Under the pieces are notes generated by a model. It did not search any database. It was given only the letters and a program-made list of their open reading frames with translations, and had not been told where the DNA came from. Position numbers and translations under genes: made by a program. A stretch of DNA of 63,820 bases, the filler included, from Octopus bimaculoides (Eukaryota): assembly GCF_001194135.2 (NCBI RefSeq). It is 8 parts of 7 records of this genome, joined end to end, with 100 filler letters (N's around TTAATTAATTAA, not from the genome) between each part and the next. Parts side by side here need not be neighbours in the genome. Positions count along the whole stretch, not along the records: positions 39,464 to 59,007 come from NC_068983.1; 7 more parts are not named here. One strand, given 5' to 3'. This document shows, one piece after another, positions 39,713 to 52,900 of the stretch (position 1 is the first letter of the stretch; each line of letters opens with the position of its first letter).

Positions 39713-42700
39713 TCTTTTATGTATTCACATCCAAAACACACTTAACGTTTTCATATCTCCAGTTTGGTGAGTAAATGACTCTTGTTGAAATTATAGTGTT
39801 GATAAATATATGACTAAATGCAAGAAATGCATTCACTGATTCTGCAAAAAAGCTCTTTGAAAAGACTGTTGTTTTTCAACAACTATTGCCTAATTCAAAA
39901 AATGTTCTGAATGGCAATTAGCAGTGAATATAGCCTTTGTACAGATCAAATATGTCCCAAACATATTCGAACTTACCTAAATGTTTGTTTACTCACAACA
40001 CTGCTTTTGTGTGCCAACTACAATATTTTGTTTAGCCAGGGCTGGTGTCATGCATGATCGATTCATGTTTCGATGCTGATTAACTATGAAGAGACAAATG
40101 TTTTCAAAGTCATTTCTGGATTGCTTCTCTTGTGATACATCGAGCTGATGATAGCCATGAAGCTAGAAACACATTCAGTAAATCAGCAAAACTGAAACAA
40201 CTGCTAGTGTTTTTCAGCAACTACTGCCAAAAGGGAGAAAGATTCTCAATGGCAATTAGCAGTGAATACAAGTCAAATACACCTCAAACATATTCGAACT
40301 GATCAACATATATAATTGTTTTTGAAAATGTGGGACCATCTTCAGAGAATGGCAAATCTATTTTCTAAGAAATAAAAAATGTTAGCCAGTTAGTAGAGTT
40401 GGTACATCAAATTCTTCAATAAATATTGGTTGGAAATGTCTGTACACTAATTTTGATCGTTTGCAACTAAGAATCAAAGGTAGTTAGGCATGATCTAAAT
40501 GAATATCCAAGTTCTGATGAACCCCAAAAGCCCACAAAACTATACTGGAGCAATACTTAATTAAGATAACAGAAGGAAAGTTCATCCAACTGGTAGCATG
40601 AGACATAAGACCCAGCTGGTACACATTTGGTAGTATGGGCCATCTCTAGAAAGCTCAAAAAACATACAAAGGGAGAGCAACAGAGCAAGAAACAACAAAT
40701 ATTGGTGCCAGAAGCTTCTGTTTGCAGAACACCACCAATCGCAGTATTCATACTAACTTGAAGTATGAAATTCTCAAATGTAGCAACAAAGTAGTTAGCA
40801 AAATCATGATGCTGCCAAATAACACTGAAGCCTTGGGATCTGTGACAAAGAATTTGAGATCAAACCTTTGAAAGCTAGACATTAATCTAGAACCGCATGT
40901 AGTGCAGAAAACCCACTCACCAGGCCCAGTAAGAATTATCTAGAAGGTACTTGAAACAGAGGTGAGAACAGATACAAGTAACATAAACAGAATTTTATAT
41001 AAGTAACAAATATTGCTCCTCATTCTACTCCATTAGTTGTTGGCTAATAAGAAGCATAATTAAACTGGTTGATTATTTAAGTCAGTTATCAGTTCTTCAT
41101 ATACTGTATGAAAAACTATGAAAATCATGAAGGTAGGTGAGGACTCAGATTTGAAAGTTTTGCTTGTGTACCCCTTAAATTTATGTTTCTTTTTTGGAAA
41201 TTATATTTGAAAGAACATTCTTGAAATTATATTCAAAATAACATTGCTTTACAACAAAATTTAAGGCAGTATTTAAAAAAATAACTTACAAAAAATAAGT
41301 TACCTACAAATATTCATTTATTTCCTTTGACTAAAATTTAATATTAATAATAATGAAATTTTATTGTTAAAAATCAATTATTTTACAGAACATTTTTGTT
41401 TTTGTTTATTTTATTTTGTTTGTTGTTTGTTTATTTGTTTTGACAGTTATTCTGTGTAGAAAATTAAGATATTTCCACTTAACTGGAAACAAAATATAAT
41501 GAAGTGTAGGGACATATATGTAATGATACAGATTCACAGAATATTAAACCTTTTACATATTATAGATTTGAAACAACATCTCAAAACCTGGTAACTAACC
41601 ATATCTTAAAGCCATGCTGATACCATTTATCTTTATAAACTAGCCAATCCACATTACAAACAAACCAAGTTGTTTTAACCAAAGCACCAAGATTTTGTCA
41701 TCGTTATTTTCACAAATAAAGGTTATACCTGCAGAGAATGTTTAAAAAAAATAAATAGAAACTCTTTGAAAACTGCTGTTCCTGCCAACAAAACAATAAC
41801 CGTTCTGATGAATATTTGAATTATATCAAGTGCTGACTTCACAATAGCCTTATCGGTGAGAGTGCAATAGCAATGCAGGAATTACTTCACTGCCTGCTGG
41901 CTGTATCAGCATTGATAATCCATTATGACAGCATGTAGCGGACATATGAGATATTGGTTGTCCATGAAAGGAAAGACACATACTGATTGTTGGAAATATC
42001 AGAAAATCATGTACATGGCACTTATTAAACTGGTCTGTTGCCACAGATGTTAGGAAGAAAACAAGAGGAAAAATTCAATTAATGCAGTCCATTCACTCAT
42101 CATTTCTCACACAAATTATCAGCAATTATAACAAGTCAAGTCAAAGTCTCAGAGTCATGACTGTTAGACAAGTGACTAAGAATGGAAAAACATCTGTTTA
42201 TTTGGATCACGTTTATTACTTGTCGAAATGATAATGAGGGCAAGAAATAAATTAGTCTGAGTATTAAATCAGTCACAGACGATGCTGGAAAAATGGCAAA
42301 AGTTCTATTTTGGTTGATTTGACAAAATTAATGTTTTATATACGGCAATGGAAATTAAGTACATGGCTATTAAAGACAAACAGTGATAATCTGGTTGAGT
42401 GAGAACATGATATATATATATAACCAGTTGGCTAAATGTTGCTTATAAATCTCAGTTGTCTGATATATTGGCTTCTAATGATTCACAATATTTCTATTCA
42501 GATATTTCTTAAAGTATGCGACATATGGCTCACCAGCTAAATTAGTATCATCTTCGAACATATTTTTCTTTTCACTGTTTCCATTGAGAATGACATGTAT
42601 GAATGCATTTGTATGTTTCTGTATGTGTGTGCATATTTGCATCTAGATATTTGCTTATATATATGTGTGTGCGTGTGTTTCCCTGCTGTGTTCCCAAGTC

Positions 42701-42809
42701 AACACAGAAGCCATACAGCAAAAGTGCTCCAGCTATGACCTTTCCATTTTTTATTATTATTATTGTTGTTATCATTATTACTACTATTATTATTATTATT
42801 ATCATTATT

Positions 42810-42998
42810 AAGGTGGTGAGCTGTTAGAACTGTTAGCATGCTGGGCAAAATGCTTAGGCATTTCGTCCATCTTTACACTCTGAGTTCAAATTCCACCAAG
42901 GTCGATTTTGCCTTCTATCCTTTTGGGGTTGAGGAAATAAGTACCAGTTGAGCACTGGGGTCCCCACAAATTTCAGGTTTTGTGCCTATAGTAGAAAG
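42810..42998 (+). mobile_element. SINE with conserved core and (ATC)/(ATT) tail
   Basis: GGTGGTGAGCTG...TCTGAGTTCAAATTCC (B-box-like), core GTCGATTTTGCCTTCTATCCTTTTGGGGTTGAGGAAATAAGTACCAG, end TGTGCCTATAGTAGAAAGG. Confidence 0.8.
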
Positions 42999-43018
42999 GA
43001 TTATCATCATCATCATCA

Positions 43019-43049
<31 letters not shown>

Positions 43050-43051
<2 letters not shown>

Positions 43052-43603
43052 GAAAACTCACAGCTTATTTTGTTGGGTATGATTGAAACTGTCAGCTGTC
43101 CACAGCCAGCAGACTAAGGTGACATTTGTTTACTAGTCATGCTTCAAGAACCCTGCGAAGAATTCTTGAAGTTACAAGCAATTCTGATTTTTGTGGGTGT
43201 TCTACCTTCACACTTGCACCAATCTTTTTCAGCCATGTTAATAGTTGAATGTTGATACTTCCAAGTGTATCAATTACTATTGGTATCACGTCCACTCTCT
43301 TCATTGACCACAACCTTCATATTTCCCACTTCAAATCATCATAGTTGTTTATTTTTTCTTCTTCTTTTACATTGATCCTGTTGTCACTGGGGCATGCTAT
43401 GTCAGTTATCAAACATGTTCTTTCTTTATTATTCACCACAACAATGTCCGGTTTCCAATGTCTGGTCGGGTGATCACACTGGATCATTGCATCCCACAGG
43501 ATTTTGCAATTCTCATTTTTGGTGACTACATGAGGAGTTTGTTCATACCATGTCTTTGCTTTTTGTAGGCCATGATTTCCACAGAGCTGCCAATGGATCA
43601 TTC

Positions 43604-43604
<1 letters not shown>
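43050..43604 (-). mobile_element. 5'-truncated Dong/R4 LINE 3' end (restriction-like endonuclease region)
   Basis: IHWQLCGNHGLQKAKTWYEQTP...KILWDAMIQCDHPTRHWKPDIVVVNNKERTCLITDIACPSD...KINNYDDLKWEI. (ATT)n on both sides. 3' UTR motif ACCTTAGT...GTGGACAGCTGACA...AAGCTGTG is shared with the 38667 end. Confidence 0.9.
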
Positions 43605-43635
<31 letters not shown>

Positions 43636-43654
43636 GATCATTATCATCATTCAG

Positions 43655-43865
43655 GCAGCAAACAGAATCTTTAGCACTCCAAACAAAATTCTTAGTAACA
43701 TTTGTCCATCATTACGATCTGAATTCAAATGTGGCCAAGGTTGACTTCATTTATTGTTCTTTCATCCAAGGTTGACTTTTCCTTTCATCCTTTTCAGGTT
43801 AATAAAATAAGCACCAGTCAAGTACAGGAGTCAAATTTCAGGTCTTGTGCCTATAATGGAAAGGA
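43655..43865 (+). mobile_element. SINE, same family as 42810
   Basis: Core GTTGACTTTTCCTTTCATCCTTTTCAGGTTAATAAAATAAGCACCAG; end TGTGCCTATAATGGAAAGG; internal duplication of CCAAGGTTGACTT. Confidence 0.75.
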
Positions 43866-44492
43866 TCATGCTTATTGCTGTTGTTGTCGTCTCCATTATT
43901 TGTATTTAAACTCTTCCACTTTTCCAATACCCAGCACCACCTCACAGAGTATTTGCCTAAACTGGGATCTGATATGCGTATTAGCATGTGTGAATGCATT
44001 TCTGTCATAGATATGTGTGTGTATGTATGTATCTATATGTGTGTGCATGTATGTGTGTGTACATATATGAATGTGTATGAACATGATATTAATTCTATTA
44101 GTCATGTTGAAATATAAAAGACAACATGAGTCAGTCTAAATCAAAATGGAATTCATTCAATCTGCCCCAACCCCTGTTCCGAGATGAAAAGTAATTTCAT
44201 TTCCTATCTTTGTTAAATGGTATTTTGTTGAGAAAAATTTTTGAAAACTTATTTCTTCATCATGGATATTGGGAATGATAAAACACCACAGAACTCACGA
44301 CACTTCTCTCTGCACTCTTCAACAAAAAAAAAGAAGTGTATATGCATGCATATATACACACACACACACATATATATATATATATCTATACATGCATATA
44401 TATATATATACACGAATGNNNNNNNNNNNNNNNNNNNNNNNNNNNNNNNNNNNNNNNNNNNNNNNNNNNNNNNNNNNNNNNNNNNNNNNNNN

Positions 44493-44525
<33 letters not shown>

Positions 44526-44580
44526 TGATGATGATGATGATGATATATATGTATATATATATACAAAGATACACACACAC

Positions 44581-44611
<31 letters not shown>

Positions 44612-44994
44612 ATTACATATATACTTGTAAGTTTATATATATGTGTGTGTATATATAAAAACACACCCACATAAACACACAGAAACACATGCACCTGTGT
44701 ACCACTTCTTCATACCATTTTTTCACATGTATCTGTTGAGCATAGTCTGAACTTGCTCAAAATACATAGACATATATGAATAAATGTATCGTTACACAAA
44801 CATATTCCAGAATAAAAGCCACACTGGGTTCATGTTTGGTGCAGAGTTGTCAAACGCTGTTTTCAGATTCATAGGCAGTGTTTGTTTAAATGTGTGCATA
44901 AGTTTGTATTTCCTTATGATGGTGGCAGTCACTTACACCGGGTTTGTTGTAAGCAACTGCCACCATCATAAAAGCAGTGTCCTTCATGTCCAGT

Positions 44995-45135
44995 CCTCTA
45001 CGTAAACATGTCTAGGCAAGGAGAAGTATTACCTCATATGGAAATAATTGAGGGTTGGCCACAGGAAGAGAATTCCAGCCGTAGAAAATGTACCTTTAAT
45101 GAATTCTATCTGGCCTCTTGCAAGCATGGAAAAAT
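44995..45135 (+). mobile_element. SINE 3' portion (RTE-type tail)
   Basis: GAGGGTTGGCCACAGGAAGAGAATTCCAGCCGTAGAAA...GCAAGCATGGAAAA is homologous to the inverted copy at 49578-49760. Confidence 0.6.
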
Positions 45136-45664
45136 GGTGGTGGTGGTGGTGGTGGTNNNNNNNNNNNNNNNNNNNNNNNNNNNNNNNNNNNNNNNNNNNN
45201 NNNNNNNNNNNNNNNNNNNNNNNNNNNNNNNNNNNNNNNNNNNNNAGGCTGATGAGAGGAGAGATGGGGAGGGGAGGGGAGAGGAGGATTTATTCTCAGT
45301 GGTTCATTTAAATATAGGAGTGATGGGATTCTTAATGATTCATTGTTAATGATTTATTCTTACTGATTTATTACTAATTTATTTTGACTGATTCACACTT
45401 ATTTTATTTCTAATGATTCATAGTAAATGATTTATTCTTAATGATTGATATAAACATAGGAGTGTAAGTAGTCTTAATGATTCATTGTTAATGATTTATT
45501 CTTAATGATTTATTCCTAATGATTTATTATGACTGATTCACACTTAATTTATTTCTAATGATTCATAGTAAATGATTTATTCTTAATGATTGATATAAAC
45601 ATAGGAGTGTAAGCAGCGTTAATGATTTATTGTTAACGTCATATGTGTTTTATATATGCATATA

Positions 45665-45840
45665 TATTATACACATACATACAATAGGCTTCTTTCAGTT
45701 CCCTTCTATCAAATCCACTCACAAGTCATTGGACAGTCTGAAGCTGTAATAGAAAACACTTGCCCAAGGTGCTGTGCAGTGGGTTTGAACTTAGAACCAT
45801 GTCGTTGGAAACAAACTTCTTACGACAGAGTCACACTCAC
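45665..45840 (-). mobile_element. tRNA-headed SINE
   Basis: CAAATCCACTCACAAG...AGAAAACACTTGCCCAAGGTGC...GTGGGTTTGAACTTAGAACC is the reverse complement of a SINE head like 59580. Confidence 0.75.
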
Positions 45841-45857
45841 ACCTATTATTGTTAATG

Positions 45858-46095
45858 TGGAGGTGAGTGGCTTAGTGGTTATGGTGTTGGACTCATGACC
45901 ATAAGATTGTAGCTCCGATTCCTGGACTGGGCAACACATTGTGTTCTTGAGCAAAGCACTTCATTTCATGTTCTCCAGTCAACTCAGATGACAAAAATGA
46001 GTAATCCTGTGACAGACCATTGTCTTGTCCAGGTGGAGAATTCATACAACATGGAAGCTGGAAAACCAACCCTTATGTGTTGGCATGACTTGAAA
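45858..46095 (+). mobile_element. tRNA-headed SINE
   Basis: TGGAGGTGAGTGGCTTAGTGGTTATGGTGTTGGACTCATGACC...CCGATTCCTGGACTGGG...TTCTTGAGCAAAGCACTT. Confidence 0.75.
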
Positions 46096-46129
46096 ACATA
46101 ACCTTACTTTTTACTTTATTATTGTTAAC

Positions 46130-46320
46130 AATTTAAAGGCCATGAACAGGCAAAACCATTAGCACTCTGGACAAAATGCTCAGCAGCATTTCATCTTTCA
46201 TGTTCTGAGTTCAAATTCTCTCAAGGTTGACTTTGCTTTTCATCCTTTTGGGGTCAATGAAATAAGTACCTGTCAAGTACCAGTATTGATGTAATCAACT
46301 TCCCTCTCCCCTTGTAAATC
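46130..46320 (+). mobile_element. SINE with conserved core
   Basis: TCTGAGTTCAAATTC...GGTTGACTTTGCTTTTCATCCTTTTGGGGTCAATGAAATAAGTACC. Confidence 0.75.
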
Positions 46321-46534
46321 ATTATTATTAATGGTATATTGTTGATAATTCATTTCTCATGATTTATTATTAATGATTCACTCTTAATGATTTATTCCTA
46401 ATGATTTATTGTTAATGGTTTATTGGTTTATTGCTAATGGTTTATTGCTAATGAGTTATTTCTAATGATTTATTGTTCAGGATTTATTCCTCATGATTTG
46501 TTGTTAATGAATTATTATTAATGATTTATTATTA

Positions 46535-46735
46535 CTCTTTTACTTGTTTCAGTCATTTGACTGTGGCCATGCTGGCGCACCACCTTTAGTCGAAGAAATC
46601 GGCCCCAGGACTTATTCTTTGTAAGCCTAGTACTTATTCTATCAGTCTCTTTTTGCCAAACTGCTAGGTTACGGGGACGTAAACACACCAGCATCGGTTG
46701 TCAAGCGATGTTGGGGGACAAACACAGACACACAA
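46535..46735 (-). mobile_element. SINE (TTTCAGTCATTTGACTGTGGCCATGCTGG family)
   Basis: About 90 percent similar by eye to 62205-62400 over about 190 bp. Confidence 0.85.
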
Positions 46736-46753
46736 ACTTATACATACACATAC

Positions 46754-46791
<38 letters not shown>

Positions 46792-48324
46792 CAGGCTATA
46801 GTAGAAAACACTTGCCCAAGGGTGCCACACAGCCACTCCTGCGCCTATGACTTATTGACTTATTTCTAATGATTTACTGTTAATTATTCGTTTTAATGGT
46901 TCATTCCTAATGATTTATTCTTAATGATTTATTTAAACATAGTGATGAGATTCATAACGATTTAGTCTAAACAATGTATTAAGCATATATTCTTAATGAT
47001 TTCCCTAGATGAGATTGAATCCAATAGACAAGGAACACCAGGAAGAAGAATTAGTGTTTAGTATTGTGTCTGGGAGGTAGGAAATGTCAGACAAGAAGGA
47101 AGCTGGTAAACTACTCAAATACAATTTTTACCCATTCTAAATGATTTTGCATCTGTTTTCCTTCAAGCATGACTTGGATTCTTTTTGCTTTCTATGAATT
47201 ATGTTACAGATGGTTGCCATTTCAAATGCTAATCAGCCTTGAAAGAAGAATGAGGACATATTTTCTGAGTAAGGGCCTATTCAGATGATTCAGTCGTAAA
47301 AGTGCTTTTGTTGTTGTTGTTGTTGTTGTTTAACTCCAGTTTAGCCTTGATCCAACACACCTATAATGAAAATGCATTGCAGCCATGACATGACTATCTA
47401 TATTTTAATTAAGACCGCATTACTTAATGTAGTCTAAGACACATGATGGTCATATTTAAGATATATGATGTAAGGAAAATTTCACTGTTATTTCTAGCAA
47501 CTCCAGTAACCATCCAGAACAGTGATTCTCGACCATTTTTTGCTAATTAACCCTTTGATTTATATTTTATTCTACTGGGCCTCCATAGCCATTCGCTGTA
47601 TGTATAAGAAAAATCTTACTGCATTTTTATAATTAGATCTTTGTAGGAATTGTATAAAAAGTTTTAGATATTTTCAATATTGTAGAAATATAACCAATTT
47701 ATTACACATAAATTTTATCAACAAAGTCTTGTATGGACCCCAGTAAAGAACTCCTAACCTAGAGACTCACTCATTGACAGTGGTATCTTAAGGGAATTTG
47801 TTGGGTTTTTTTCTCTGGTGTTGGATAGTCTTTGGATTGTTCTGTTTGAAAATAGCCCCTTCAAAAGACTATCTGGACTGAATGCCTGTTCATCTCAAAG
47901 TTAAACCCCTGCTACTGCTATTCATTTTCTATTGAGTATACTGAAGCAATGTGAAATAAAGTGCCATGCTCAAAGACACAATGTGCCATATCGTTAGGGT
48001 CATGGGTCAAACATTCATGGATACTGTCAAAGATATTGGCATTCAAATTAGTTACTCAACTGTTCTTTCTAGCTGTGATTATTCATTCTTTATTGTAAAG
48101 GCACATGGCATATGGCAATAGTAGTAAGAATGTTCAGCTCATAATTCTATGGTCACATTTTCAAATCCCAGACTAGGCAACATATTATCATTGAGTACAA
48201 CATTTCAATTCATGTTGCTACAATCCAGTTTACTGAAAAGGAGCTGGGTATTAGCCTTGCAACAGGTTGACATCTTGTCTTGAGAGTATTTTCAAAGTTT
48301 GAAGTAGCAACTGCTCAATACTTT

Positions 48325-48560
48325 ATTTCTTATTTCTTTATTGCCAACAAGGGGCTACACACAGAGGAGACAAACAAGGACAGACAAACGGATTAAGTCG
48401 ATTATATTGACCCCAGTGCGTGACTGGTACTTATTTAATGGACCCCAAAAAGATGAAAGGCAAAGTCGACCTCGGCAGAATTTGAACTCAGAACGTAGTG
48501 GCAGACGAAATACTGCTAAGCATTTTGCCCGGCATGCTAACGGTTCTACCAGCTCACCAC
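48325..48560 (-). mobile_element. SINE with conserved core
   Basis: GACCCCAGTGCGTGACTGGTACTTATTTAATGGACCCCAAAAAGATGAAAGGCAAAGTCGACCTCGGCAGAATTTGAACTCAGAACG. Confidence 0.85.
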
Positions 48561-49577
48561 CTTCAAACTTTATTTTTTCCCACACTTTATGTCTGCTAGA
48601 GAAAAGCCACTACCTTTGTTCTCCATTGGCCTCAAAATGATGATGGCTGTAAACATATTAATCTGACTAAAAATCAAATGAGTGAAGAGAAATAACTCAG
48701 TGGTGTCAGTGGCATGAATTGCACTGAATACTTCAGAGAAAAAAAAATTCATACTTGGTTCACATTTTCTTCCTATTTGGAGAACAGGAATAAAAACCTC
48801 GTAGTAGATATTAATGACTTTCAAAGAAATGGAAAGATAATTTCGAACTAATTCCTCAAGTTAATCTACATGCTTAGTAGAGGGTCCTTTTATTTTTCAG
48901 CCAAGAAACTACAATTGTGTCTTGACTACTAAAAGAGCTTAGACTTCTCTTCATTGGTTCATTATTAGCATGTGTTTGTTGTTGCTGTTGAGGTGAGTTC
49001 TGAGTGAACAAACCTAAAATTAAAAGCATTCCAGCATGACCATCCTATCTGTATTCAAATTTTCTATATTTAAGACAACATAATTCAATATGTTCTTCAT
49101 CTTAAAAGACAGCAGGTTGTGATTTAAGCGAGAAATAGTTGCTATTTCAGTATGGTGAATGACCACATAGAGAATAAGCAATAAAATAAGTTGATGGTGA
49201 TGATGCTGATGGTATTATTGGTGTTGTTATTGTTGTTGTTTAGCCCCAGGTCAGCCTCTTGATTGAGCAGACTTATAAGCAAAACATCCAAGACCATCTC
49301 TGCTGTTTTCCTCTGCTATATTACATATTGGATTATATTGTCCAATGTGTCTTTCATTAATTTAAACTGTAAGATAAAATATTAAGGGATATTTGGTAAC
49401 TATTTCTAGCTTACAGAATGCCACCATAGTCACCCTTGTTAATGTTAGAGGTACCAATACTGATGATGCTGTAGTTATTGTTATTGTTGTTTGTCTTTAG
49501 ATCAGCCCCAGTAGAGTAAGCCCATGATCAAAATCATTCTAGCCATAACCGTCATCCTTCTCATTTGGCTTTTTTCA

Positions 49578-49960
49578 TACTATCATCATCATCATCATCG
49601 TTGTCGTTTAACGTCCGCTTTCCATGCTAGCATGGGTTGGACGATTTGACTGAGGACTGGTGGACCAGATGGCTACTCCAGGCTCCAATCTGATTTGGCA
49701 GAGTTTCTACAGCTGGATGCCCTTCCTAATGCCAACCACTCCGAGAGTGTAGTGGGTGCTTTTACGTGCCACCGGCACGAGGGCCAGTCAGGTGGTATTT
49801 GGCAACAGCCACATTCAAAATGGTGTATTTTATGTGCCACCTGCACAGGAGCCAGTTCGGCGGCACTGGCAACGATCTCGCTTGAATGTCTCTTCACGTA
49901 CCATCCGACACAAGTGTCAGGAAGGCGATGCTGGGCACAGGTGCCATGACGGTTTCGCTT
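49578..49960 (-). mobile_element. SINE with RTE-type 3' end and (GAT)n tail
   Basis: (CAT)n-CGTTTAACGTCCGCTTTCCATGCTAGCATGGG...TTTCTACAGCTGGATGCCCTTCCTAATGCCAACC; internal GTGCCACC.GCAC subrepeats. Confidence 0.75.
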
Positions 49961-52900
49961 TCTGCAATAAATACATTTGTATTTAAGATGAAAAGACAGC
50001 AGAGTGGGATTTGACAGAGATTTAGTTGCTGTTTCTGATAGTTAAGTGACCACTTTCAAAGTCGTTGTTATTTAACCCTAGGTCTATTGCGATCAAGGAG
50101 ACCTATGACCAAAAGCTTTCTAGTTGTTAACTTCCTAGTTTTATTTTTTGAATTTATCTCGGCCTACATTATCTCATGTATCCTAATATATGACAAGACT
50201 CTACAACAAAAATGGTAGCAGCAGCAACAATGACAATTACAACAATAACAACAAAGACAAGCAAACAAACAACAGTGATAGTGATAANNNNNNNNNNNNN
50301 NNNNNNNNNNNNNNNNNNNNNNNNNNNNNNNNNNNNNNNNNNNNNNNNNNNNNNNNNNNNNNNNNNNNNNNNNNNNNNNNNNNNNNNNNNNNNNNNNNNN
50401 NNNNNNNNNNNNNNNNNNNNNNNNNNNNNNNNNNNNNNNNNNNNNNNNNNNNNNNNNNNNNNNNNNNNNNNNNNNNNNNNNNNNNNNNNNNNNNNNNNNN
50501 NNNNNNNNNNNNNNNNNNNNNNNNNNNNNNNNNNNNNNNNNNNNNNNNNNNNNNNNNNNNNNNNNNNNNNNNNNNNNNNNNNNNNNNNNNNNNNNNNNNN
50601 NNNNNNNNNNNNNNNNNNNNNNNNNNNNNNNNNNNNNNNNNNNNNNNNNNNNNNNNNNNNNNNNNNNNNNNNNNNNNNNNNNNNNNNNNNNNNNNNNNNN
50701 NNNNNNNNNNNNNNNNNNNNNNNNNNNNNNNNNNNNNNNNNNNNNNNNNNNNNNNNNNNNNNNNNNNNNNNNNNNNNNNNNNNNNNNNNNNNNNNNNNNN
50801 NNNNNNNNNNNNNNNNNNNNNNNNNNNNNNNNNNNNNNNNNNNNNNNNNNNNNNNNNNNNNNNNNNNNNNNNNNNNNNNNNNNNNNNNNNNNNNNNNNNN
50901 NNNNNNNNNNNNNNNNNNNNNNNNNNNNNNNNNNNNNNNNNNNNNNNNNNNNNNNNNNNNNNNNNNNNNNNNNNNNNNNNNNNNNNNNNNNNNNNNNNNN
51001 NNNNNNNNNNNNNNNNNNNNNNNNNNNNNNNNNNNNNNNNNNNNNNNNNNNNNNNNNNNNNNNNNNNNNNNNNNNNNNNNNNNNNNNNNNNNNNNNNNNN
51101 NNNNNNNNNNNNNNNNNNNNNNNNNNNNNNNNNNNNNNNNNNNNNNNNNNNNNNNNNNNNNNNNNNNNNNNNNNNNNNNNNNNNNCATGTATGTATATAA
51201 GTAAAAAAATATATATATACATGTACATATATATATGTATGTATATATGTGTATGTATTAGTGTGTGTGAGTATGTGTGTGTGTGTGTATGTGTGTGTGT
51301 GTGTGTGTGTGTGCATTCCTATCATTCAATCTATGCAACCTTGGAAAAATAGCTTTTAAATGATGGTTATGAGGATGATGATGACAAGAATGATGAGAAC
51401 AATGACAACAATGATATAACAATGGCAGTGATGATGATAATCATCATGATGATGATCATCATCATCATCATCATGACGATGATGAAGATGATGATAATGT
51501 CTATGACAATGAAGATGATGGTTGTCATGGTAATGATGAAGGTGATGATGATGATGATGCACATGTGATGAATATTTGTTAGCAGATGCATATATGTATG
51601 TATCAGTATGAGCACATGTTTATGTACATGCATGTGTGACAATGTGTATGTGTTTGTGCGTGTGTAGATATGTTATGAAGACATGTTTGCGTAAATGTGC
51701 CTATGTTTCTGTAGATCCAATGCATACGCATAGGCTAGTGTGTATGTACATGTATCGATGCGTACAGTTATACATACATGCATGCAGAGAAGTGTTCATG
51801 AGCATACATGAAAATGTGCATAGCTATATATATGNNNNNNNNNNNNNNNNNNNNNNNNNNNNNNNNNNNNNNNNNNNNNNNNNNNNNNNNNNNNNNNNNN
51901 NNNNNNNNNNNNNNNNNNNNNNNNNNNNNNNNNNNNNNNNNNNNNNNNNNNNNNNNNNNNNNNNNNNNNNNNNNNNNNNNNNNNNNNNNNNNNNNNNNNN
52001 NNNNNNNNNNNNNNNNNNNNNNNNNNNNNNNNNNNNNNNNNNNNNNNNNNNNNNNNNNNNNNNNNNNNNNNNNNNNNNNNNNNNNNNNNNNNNNNNNNNN
52101 NNNNNNNNNNNNNNNNNNNNNNNNNNNNNNNNNNNNNNNNNNNNNNNNNNNNNNNNNNNNNNNNNNNNNNNNNNNNNNNNNNNNNNNNNNNNNNNNNNNN
52201 NNNNNNNNNNNNNNNNNNNNNNNNNNNNNNNNNNNNNNNNNNNNNNNNNNNNNNNNNNNNNNNNNNNNNNNNNNNNNNNNNNNNNNNNNNNNNNNNNNNN
52301 NNNNNNNNNNNNNNNNNNNNNNNNNNNNNNNNNNNNNNNNNNNNNNNNNNNNNNNNNNNNNNNNNNNNNNNNNNNNNNNNNNNNNNNNNNNNNNNNNNNN
52401 NNNNNNNNNNNNNNNNNNNNNNNNNNNNNNNNNNNNNNNNNNNNNNNNNNNNNNNNNNNNNNNNNNNNNNNNNNNNNNNNNNNNNNNNNNNNNNNNNNNN
52501 NNNNNNNNNNNNNNNNNNNNNNNNNNNNNNNNNNNNNNNNNNNNNNNNNNNNNNNNNNNNNNNNNNNNNNNNNNNNNNNNNNNNNNNNNNNNNNNNNNNN
52601 NNNNNNNNNNNNNNNNNNNNNNNNNNNNNNNNNNNNNNNNNNNNNNNNNNNNNNNNNNNNNNNNNNNNNNNNNNNNNNNNNNNNNNNNNNNNNNNNNNNN
52701 NNNATATATATATATATATATACATACATATATATATTTACATGTATATACACAGACACACATGTGTGCATGTATATATAAACACATAAAAGAGTGTAAG
52801 TATATATATATTTGATATATATCTGAGATATATTATTGCATGGATTTCTATATTTTTATGTATTACAATGTATATGTATTGAAATATTAACATTCATATA

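Larger units (their letters stand above)
45330..47005. repeat. 14-bp minisatellite (TAATGATTTATT[C/G]T) with a higher-order dimer, interrupted by SINEs
   Basis: Arrays at 45330-45635, 46320-46535 and 46860-47005. An about 145-bp unit is duplicated (45332-45472 and 45473-45620). Confidence 0.85.
47320..50135. repeat. Cluster of 4-5 old co-oriented copies of one interspersed repeat
   Basis: (GTT)n-TTAACCCCAGGTCAG...CTATGATCAAA...CCAGCCATGACC and AAAAGACAG...GTGATTT...GCTATTTCTAGCA modules at about 47320-47520, 48985-49170, 49235-49420, 49485-49560 and 49985-50135. Confidence 0.55.

Noticed and set aside
51356-51642. His/Asp-rich ORFs resembling metal-binding proteins
   Set aside because: Degenerate (GAT)n tract with no splice or coding context.
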